A stretch of 13,611 nt of DNA from an uncultured Deferribacteres bacterium (lineage in GTDB: Bacteria > Zhuqueibacterota > Zhuqueibacteria > Zhuqueibacterales > Geothermadaptataceae). The notes under the pieces were generated by a model. That model ran no database searches. It had not been told where the DNA came from and saw only the letters and a list, made by a program, of their open reading frames with translations. Where the stretch lies: positions 1 to 13,611 of the forward strand of contig CAXHAT010000206.1 in NCBI GenBank assembly GCA_964014485.1. The letters are read 5' to 3'. Position numbers and translations under genes: made by a program. Below are positions 1 through 6,121 of the stretch, piece after piece (position 1 is the first letter of the stretch; each line of letters begins with the position of its first letter).

Positions 1-7
1 AAGAAGC

Positions 8-40
8 TCGTCGGCAGCGTCAGATGTGTATAAGAGACAG
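8..40 (+). other. Illumina Nextera read-1 adapter with Tn5 mosaic end (library artefact, not genomic)
   Basis: Exact TCGTCGGCAGCGTCAGATGTGTATAAGAGACAG at 8-40, with the mosaic end AGATGTGTATAAGAGACAG at 22-40. Bases 1-7 sit where the i5 index would be. On the minus strand it reads LSLIHI*. Confidence 0.98.
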
Positions 41-1309
41 CCTTAGGCCAAATCCAACGGAAGAATAAAGCTCGTCTTCCGCCTGACGTTCGTTCGGGAG
101 CCAAACGCGCCCGGCGTCAGCGAACAGCACGACTGAACTGCCGGATTTCAAAACCCTCCGGCTCGAGAACGGAAACCGATACTCGACGTGCGTCAGAACC
201 ATTTCCGTGCCGTAACCGACGGGCGTCAGGCCGCGCTCTTCCACGCCGCGCATTGAATTTGCGCCGCCAAGATAAAACCGATGATAAAATGGGGCGTTTT
301 GTTCGACATTGCCGGATTTCAGATTGACCGCGAGAACGTGGTTTTTCCACAATTTTTGATAGTACCGCGCATCGAGCGTGACTTTGCTAAAAGAAAAATC
401 CCGGTCGTCGGCGTCGATGAAGCGTTCGAAAATGAGAGCGCCCCAGAAGCCTTTTGTCGGATAAAGCGCGTTGTCGCGGAAATCGCCTTGCAGGCCGAAT
501 TCAAACGAGGGGAAATTGCGTCTGCCGATTTGTGAACTGAGCGTGTGGGGAAAGGAAGCGTTTGGAAACGGATCACGCGACTCAAAAAATTTGAGATCCG
601 ATTCCGGTTCATAGCTCAAAAGATTATAGCCGGCAAAAAAATGCCTGAACCAGCCGCGATTGCCGCCGACGCGAAATTTTAGCCCGCCCACGCCGACGGT
701 TTGCAAGACTCGGTCGTCGTCAATTTTGTGAATGAAGTTGACGGCCCCGCTTTCGAGCGTCACGTCAAGAAACATCGACCGGTCGAACAACTTTTCCGTG
801 CGGAAATTGAACATGAGCTTGCCGACGCGCTCACCGAAAAAGAGCCGGAAGCCGCCGGTGTTGCCGCGTCCCAAAAAGTTGTCGAATCGCAGGCTCGCTG
901 GAACGAGATACCAGCCGTTCAAATCGCTGTGGCCGCCCTCAAACTGAAAGTACGGCCAGCGCCGCTCCTTGATTTCGATGACGATGATGAGACCGCCCTT
1001 CTCCGCGCCGGGCTTCGGATAAAGATCGACTTCCTGAAAAAAACCGGTTTGCGTCAAATGGTACCAGCTTTCGTCGAGCAAATCCGGCAGCTCGGCTTGC
1101 GTCAAGGCCTGCTCTTCCACGATCACGCAATAATCCAGAATGACGCCGCGCTTGGTTTTCCAATTGCCCTGAATCTCGATACGCTCAATTTTCAAGGTGC
1201 GCGGCTCGTTTCCCGGAGTCTGCGCCTGCGCGCTGGGAATGCAGAAAAACGCTCCGAAAATGAGCGCCGCGCAAAAGAGATTTTTTCGAAACGGGTTTAA
1301 AAACTTCAT
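20..1309 (-). CDS. Omp85 (BamA/TamA) family outer-membrane protein, one POTRA domain plus beta-barrel; 3' end truncated by the adapter (genomic part 41-1309)
   Basis: Sec signal peptide ending AQA|QTP. POTRA-like segment KIERIEIQGNWKTK...LTQTGFFQEV...IIVIEIKER. Barrel motifs NFLGRG, DFRDNALYPTKG, loop-6 FYLGGANSMRG, VEYRFP, VLFADAGRVW and SSVGFGLR. The last barrel strands are replaced by adapter-encoded LSLIHI*. Confidence 0.9.
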   Translation of the reverse strand: MKFLNPFRKNLFCAALIFGAFFCIPSAQAQTPGNEPRTLKIERIEIQGNWKTKRGVILDYCVIVEEQALTQAELPDLLDESWYHLTQTGFFQEVDLYPKPGAEKGGLIIVIEIKERRWPYFQFEGGHSDLNGWYLVPASLRFDNFLGRGNTGGFRLFFGERVGKLMFNFRTEKLFDRSMFLDVTLESGAVNFIHKIDDDRVLQTVGVGGLKFRVGGNRGWFRHFFAGYNLLSYEPESDLKFFESRDPFPNASFPHTLSSQIGRRNFPSFEFGLQGDFRDNALYPTKGFWGALIFERFIDADDRDFSFSKVTLDARYYQKLWKNHVLAVNLKSGNVEQNAPFYHRFYLGGANSMRGVEERGLTPVGYGTEMVLTHVEYRFPFSSRRVLKSGSSVVLFADAGRVWLPNERQAEDELYSSVGFGLRLSLIHI

Positions 1310-1364
1310 CGGTTTAAAACGAAAATATAATCAGGACAGCTCTTTCAATTTAGCTGACCTGATC

Positions 1365-1393
1365 ATGGTAAAGAGAATTATTGCGTCCTACAA
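1365..1393 (-). promoter_or_regulatory. Possible sigma70-type promoter upstream of the Omp85 gene
   Basis: Minus strand TTGTAG-N17-TACCAT in AT-rich intergenic DNA about 55 nt before the ATG at 1309. Partial consensus match only. Confidence 0.3.
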
Positions 1394-1437
1394 ATGAATT
1401 TTTCCTGCTTGACAGAGCTGATGCGGTCTGCCGGATT

Positions 1438-1470
1438 AACCTTGTCAGGGTTCCGAACCCTGACAAGGTT
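1438..1470. repeat. Perfect 15-bp inverted repeat, REP-like extragenic palindrome
   Basis: AACCTTGTCAGGGTT-CCG-AACCCTGACAAGGTT, 9 nt past the lipoprotein stop codon. No U-tract follows on the transcribed (minus) strand. Confidence 0.75.
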
Positions 1471-1479
1471 TGCTCACAA

Positions 1480-2859
1480 TCAAGAACCAATCGAAATCGT
1501 TTGATCCACGCCGTCCTGGGTGACCGTACCTTTGCCCGAACCGTCTGGGTAGAAAGTGATCTTGCCGCTGAGAATCGGCAGGTCGCCGTTTTCGTACGCT
1601 TCTTTTGAGGCGTAAACTTCAAAAGCGAGTTCCGTCGGGCCGCCAACCAGTTCAGTCCCTTCAAATTTGGTAAAGACGCCGTCAGGATCAGTCCATTCGC
1701 CAACGACGTGCGTGCGGTCGGCGGACTCTTCAATCGTCAACATGCCGGAGCCGTCGTCCGCGCCTTGAATTTTCAGCGTGGTCGTTTTGACGCCGTCCTT
1801 GTGCGATTCATCGACTTCCACCGACTCGCGCTTGACGCTGCCGTCCAGAAAAGTGATTTCTTTGACAAACTCGCCGTGGATGCTCGAATCAGCGGCGTCA
1901 AAAGTGAACTCGCCGGATTCAAAAACCGAGACCGGATCGTGACCCGCCGGATAAGTGACAAGCTTGGAAAAACCGCCCTGCCCGTCGCTTTCCGCTTCGT
2001 CGAAAGAGCCGGTGACGACGGTGCCGTCGCGATGTGTTTCGACAAAGGTTCCCGTGCCGTCGTTTTTGAACGTGACCGCTTCGCTGCTTTTCGTGCCGTC
2101 GGCGTAGGTCAATTCTTCGCTGAAACTGCCGCTTTCGTCCGCGTGCAATTCAGCGTGCGCCTTTTTGGAAGCAATCTCGCTGGAAGCCGGATAAATGATT
2201 TCCTGATCGAAAACGCCGCCTTCCGGTTCCGTGCCTGGGGCATGGTCGTCCGGCACAAATTTGCTCCACTCGCTGACAATTTCGTGTTCCGGCTTGAAGC
2301 GTTTGAGCGATTCGAGCAAGAGCAGAACGTCGTCCGAATCATCTTCGAGCGTGAAATTCAAATGCGCCGCCACTTTCGCGGAATCGTAGACAACATCATG
2401 GCGTTCGTCAAACTCGGACTTGACCGCTTCAGCGCAGGCGATCCCGGTTTCGAAATTATAGAAAACACGCAAATGTTCAGTAAAGCCTTCCGTTTCGTTG
2501 CGACTGATGATTTCCCAAATCAGTGAATCGCCGCCGCTGGACTGCGTTTTCGCGAGCGTGGCCGCATCGAAATTTGCCTGCGCGAAAACCATCTGTTTCA
2601 AATGTCGCGCAATTGCCGCCGATTGCACTGGCGTAGGAATGCTCGCGTCTTTGTCCGCCAAAATATCTTCCGGCCCGCGCAAAAGGCTGCCGATCTGCTC
2701 GGCGGAAGCCATTGTTTGGAACATCGCTTCACTGTTGTTTGTCGCCCGCTGCACTAAATCGTCCTGCTCCTCTGGTTTCGGCTCAACGGGGTTGTTTTGG
2801 CACGCTTGCATCCCCAGCAAAAGCAGCGCTGATGCAATAAAAAGCATTGTTTTCTTCAT
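1480..2859 (-). CDS. Hypothetical lipoprotein (about 459 aa), acidic and rich in beta-hairpins
   Basis: MKKTMLFIASALLLLGMQA|C20 is a typical SPII signal. GGAAGGGA lies 5 nt before the ATG at 2859. An alternative ATG at 2874 has AGGAG 6 nt upstream. The ORF-track start at 2958 is a TTG that would bury the signal peptide. Confidence 0.85.
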   Translation of the reverse strand: MKKTMLFIASALLLLGMQACQNNPVEPKPEEQDDLVQRATNNSEAMFQTMASAEQIGSLLRGPEDILADKDASIPTPVQSAAIARHLKQMVFAQANFDAATLAKTQSSGGDSLIWEIISRNETEGFTEHLRVFYNFETGIACAEAVKSEFDERHDVVYDSAKVAAHLNFTLEDDSDDVLLLLESLKRFKPEHEIVSEWSKFVPDDHAPGTEPEGGVFDQEIIYPASSEIASKKAHAELHADESGSFSEELTYADGTKSSEAVTFKNDGTGTFVETHRDGTVVTGSFDEAESDGQGGFSKLVTYPAGHDPVSVFESGEFTFDAADSSIHGEFVKEITFLDGSVKRESVEVDESHKDGVKTTTLKIQGADDGSGMLTIEESADRTHVVGEWTDPDGVFTKFEGTELVGGPTELAFEVYASKEAYENGDLPILSGKITFYPDGSGKGTVTQDGVDQTISIGS

Positions 2860-2954
2860 GGTCGTCCCTTCCATTTTGAACTCCTGTCGTTTTGTTGAAC
2901 TTTCAAAAATTGCGTCGCAACGGAAATCGATTGCTGCGTCATACGAAATAGAAG

Positions 2955-2969
2955 ACAATGGGCGTGCCG
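2955..2969 (-). promoter_or_regulatory. Candidate sigma54 (-24/-12) promoter for the lipoprotein gene
   Basis: Minus strand CGGCAC-GCCCA-TTGT against consensus TGGCAC-N5-TTGC. Spacing is exact with two mismatches, 80-95 nt upstream of the candidate starts. Confidence 0.45.
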
Positions 2970-3254
2970 TTTCGGAAAGGCATTGGCTTTTGAAGCCGTA
3001 AGTCTCTAAGAATCAAAATAATAGAACAGAATGACGGATGGGTCGTATTCTGGCAAGACACGTGAAAAGCGGCAACGGTGTGGTGAAATCGCGACAGGTT
3101 TTTATCTGCAAGTTATCCGTTGCACTCAAAATTTGAGAACGCTTTATTTGAAGCATCTAAGTTGAAAAAGCGACGTAGGTCTTGGCTTTAACCCAGAGTA
3201 GCGGCGTACCAAAACGCGCCCCAACCCGCCTTTGAAAAATAATGGAGAGACGCG

Positions 3255-5633
3255 ATGTTTTTCAATTATCTGAAAATCGCCTTGCGCGGGATTGCGCGGC
3301 AGAAGTTTTATTCGTCGGTAAATTTGGCGGGCTTGGCCGTCGGCATGGCCTGCGCTGTTTTCGTTGCGCTTTATGCCACAAACGAATTTAGCTACGACGA
3401 CTTCCACGAAAACGGCGAGCGGATTTATCGCGTCAACTACCAGGAAAACAAAAGCGGCGGCAGTACGTTTTACACTTCCTCAACAATGGCCCCGCTGGCC
3501 CCGGCGCTGAAAGCGGAAGTTCCTGGCCTGGAGCGCGTCGCCCGTTTTCGTTTCTCAGGAAAAACGCTCGTGCGCCACGAAGACAAGCAATTTTTCGAGC
3601 AAAATTTCGCCTGGGCGGATGCTGAGTTTCTACAAATGTTCTCCTTCCCGCTGCTTTCCGGTCACGCGGCGACCGCGCTCTCGGAGCCGAACGCGATTGT
3701 CATCACAAAAGAAATGGCGGAGAAGTATTTCGGCGAGTTCGATCCGGTCGGGGAAGTTCTGCAGATCGACAACACGCATCAATTAAAAATCACCGGCGTA
3801 CTGCAAAACCTGCCGCAGAATTCCAGCATCAATTTTGATTTTTTAGGCGCATTTCAAACGCTTGAAGCGAATGCGGGATGGCGTGAAAGCTGGGGCAGCT
3901 TGTTTTTGAGAACTTTTGTCGAACTTTCGCCCGGCGTTTTGGAAAACGACGTTGCGCCGCACCTAAAACGCATTTTTGATGAGCGCGCGCCGAACCATCA
4001 CGCCTCCGCCGCGATGTTATTGCAGCCGCTTTCGGAAATTCATCTTTTTGGCGCTGACCGCAGCCCGCGGATGCTGCTCATTCTGTACAATCTCATTTTT
4101 GTCGGCGTCGTCATTCTTACCATCGCGATTATCAATTATATGAATATGGCGACGGCGCGTTCGGTGCATCGCAGCAAAGAGGTCGGGCTGCGCAAAACCG
4201 TCGGCGCATCGCGACTCAAACTAGCGCGGCAGTTTTTGGGCGAATCCGTCGTGCTGGCCCTGCTTGCGCTGCCATTGTCTTTGCTGTTGGTGCAAATTTT
4301 CCTGCCGATAATTAACGATTTCTTTTCGCAAGTCACTCGCCGGCCTTTCGCGCTCGAATTTTCTTTTGAGCCAGTGATTCTGCTGAGCTTATTCGCCATC
4401 GTTTTTTTTGTCGGCGTGATTGGCGGCAGCTATCCGGCGATGGTTTTGTCGCGTTTCAAGCCCGTCGCCGTTTTGCAAAGCCGAATCTCCGGCGGTAAAA
4501 AAGGCGCGCGCTTTCGCAAAATTCTAGTCGTTACCCAATTCGCATTCTCCATGCTGTTTTTGATCTCGACGGCGATCATCCACGATCAAATCGATTATCT
4601 CAGACAAAAAGATTTGGGCTTTGAAAAAGACCGGATCGTGACCTTGCACATCGAAGATAAAAACGCACTGGAACGTGCGCCCGCGCTCAAAACAGCGCTT
4701 TTGGGCCATCACAACATTACGCATGCGACGCTGTGTCAGGACGAACCGGCGCGTTTGTTCGGGCAATCGTCGCGCGTCATTCCCGAAGGCGCGGCGCCGG
4801 AAGACAATTGGACGATGCACGTTTTCGCCGTTGACGCGGATTACGTCGAAACGTTTGGGCTGGAAATGAAGCAAGGCAGGAATTTTATCACCGGAAGTTC
4901 GGCGGACGAAAACACTGGAATGATTTTGAACGAAACCGCCGTCGCGCGCTTGGGCTGGGAAAATCCGATTGGAAAAATGATTCAGGTTTCCGGTTCTGAA
5001 AACGTCAGCGAGGTGATCGGCGTGGTGAGAGACTTTCATTTCCAAAGCATGACCGACCAGATCGAGCCGGGATTTCTCTACGTCGGGCCGGAAAGTTATT
5101 CAAAGCTGTCGCTGCGCTTGAACCCGAAAGATTTCACTGCGACGATGGATTTCATCCGTCAAGCCTGGACGGAATTCGCCCCGAATTTGCCGTTTGAAAT
5201 GCGCTTTTTCGATGAGCAGGCCGAGCGCCTTTTTGCCCGCCACGAATTGATGTTTACATTTTCGCGCGCATTCTCGTTTTTTGCCATTTTCATCGCCTGC
5301 CTGGGCTTGTTTGGCCTCGCGGCGTTTATGGCGGAGCAACGAACGAAGGAAATCGGCGTGCGCAAAGTGCTCGGCGCAACGGCGCACGGCATCGTTTCTC
5401 TCCTTTCATTCAATTTTCTCAAACTGATTTTAATCGCATTTGTCATTGCCGCCCCGTTGGCCTGGATTTCGACGAAGTTCTGGCTGGAAAACTTTCCCTA
5501 TCGCGCTGATCTTGGCGCAGCGCCGTTCGTTGTCGCGGGCGTCGGGACGCTGTTGATCGCGTTTATCACAATCAGCTATCAAGCCCTCAAAGCCGCCCTC
5601 GCCAATCCAATTGATGCGATTCGGCATGAGTGA
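3255..5633 (+). CDS. ABC transporter permease, duplicated MacB-periplasmic/FtsX type (792 aa), with no fused or adjacent ATPase
   Basis: N-terminus MFFNYLKIALR...YSSVNLAGLAVGMAC. Two FtsX motifs (RSKEVGLRKTVGA and RTKEIGVRKVLGA), GSYPA, LVVTQFAFS and the C-terminal KAALANPIDAIRHE. GGAGAG RBS at 3244-3249. Confidence 0.95.
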   Translation: MFFNYLKIALRGIARQKFYSSVNLAGLAVGMACAVFVALYATNEFSYDDFHENGERIYRVNYQENKSGGSTFYTSSTMAPLAPALKAEVPGLERVARFRFSGKTLVRHEDKQFFEQNFAWADAEFLQMFSFPLLSGHAATALSEPNAIVITKEMAEKYFGEFDPVGEVLQIDNTHQLKITGVLQNLPQNSSINFDFLGAFQTLEANAGWRESWGSLFLRTFVELSPGVLENDVAPHLKRIFDERAPNHHASAAMLLQPLSEIHLFGADRSPRMLLILYNLIFVGVVILTIAIINYMNMATARSVHRSKEVGLRKTVGASRLKLARQFLGESVVLALLALPLSLLLVQIFLPIINDFFSQVTRRPFALEFSFEPVILLSLFAIVFFVGVIGGSYPAMVLSRFKPVAVLQSRISGGKKGARFRKILVVTQFAFSMLFLISTAIIHDQIDYLRQKDLGFEKDRIVTLHIEDKNALERAPALKTALLGHHNITHATLCQDEPARLFGQSSRVIPEGAAPEDNWTMHVFAVDADYVETFGLEMKQGRNFITGSSADENTGMILNETAVARLGWENPIGKMIQVSGSENVSEVIGVVRDFHFQSMTDQIEPGFLYVGPESYSKLSLRLNPKDFTATMDFIRQAWTEFAPNLPFEMRFFDEQAERLFARHELMFTFSRAFSFFAIFIACLGLFGLAAFMAEQRTKEIGVRKVLGATAHGIVSLLSFNFLKLILIAFVIAAPLAWISTKFWLENFPYRADLGAAPFVVAGVGTLLIAFITISYQALKAALANPIDAIRHE

Positions 5634-5676
5634 TTCGATGACAATAATTTAAAAATTATGGGGGAATTCTTCTTGC

Positions 5677-5693
5677 GATAAATAATATTTATC
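5677..5693. promoter_or_regulatory. 8-1-8 palindrome, possible operator overlapping a -35-like TTGCGA
   Basis: GATAAATA-A-TATTTATC. TTGCGA at 5673-5678 and TAGTCT at 5695-5700 give a 16-nt spacer. The region is AT-rich, so chance is possible. Confidence 0.3.
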
Positions 5694-6121
5694 TTAGTCT
5701 TAAATCAAGCGACCGGAAAGAGGGACTTTTCGTCGTTCTGAAATGGATTTCTCACCTGCTTACACTTTCTCGCGGTAAAATTTGATGGGCGGACGGTACG
5801 GCTTGAACGACCAAAGCCTGACGTTTAAATCATCCGCCAGCGCCTGCATCACGCACTTGCTCCAATATTTTCCCGCCAGACAGTGGTTATTTTCCTCGTG
5901 AAACAACAGTCTCCGACTTCTGAATTTGAAGTCGACCAATTTTCCTTCGGGGCCTGAAACGTCGGGGCTTTTGGTTTTTCTCAATTGGCGCAGCTTCCTT
6001 TTTTGGGGCGCTTCATCTATGTTGACGCAACATTTTGCGTCTTACGCACCACCTTCGATTATGCGTTCTCTATTCCTGCAAGCTGTGAAAGTGCATCACA
6101 TTTAATGAAATGGAGGGCGTT

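Noticed and set aside
22..40. Tn5/IS50 transposon end as a real mobile element
   Set aside because: It is the synthetic mosaic end preceded by the Illumina TCGTCGGCAGCGTC tail, and no transposase is present.
701..1300. 199-aa plus-strand ORF and other short ORFs within 117-1397
   Set aside because: Antisense or alternate-frame shadows of the well-supported Omp85 gene with no recognisable motifs.
1409..1414. Perfect TTGACA -35 hexamer on the plus strand
   Set aside because: No -10 element at 16-18 nt spacing, and it would point antisense into the lipoprotein gene.
1708..2526. 272-aa plus-strand ORF
   Set aside because: Antisense shadow of the lipoprotein gene with no RBS or domain, as expected from codon bias.
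2875..2958. N-terminal extension of the lipoprotein from the TTG at 2958
   Set aside because: It would displace the signal peptide, better RBS-ATG pairs exist at 2874 and 2859, and the TTG lies inside the candidate sigma54 motif.
3125..3137. CTCAAA-A-TTTGAG dyad upstream of the permease
   Set aside because: Short and AT-rich. A near-identical dyad occurs inside coding sequence at 581-595, so chance is likely.
5760..5984. 74-aa minus-strand ORF in the long intergenic region
   Set aside because: Non-ATG start, no RBS and no recognisable protein features. It cannot be fully excluded without ribosome profiling.
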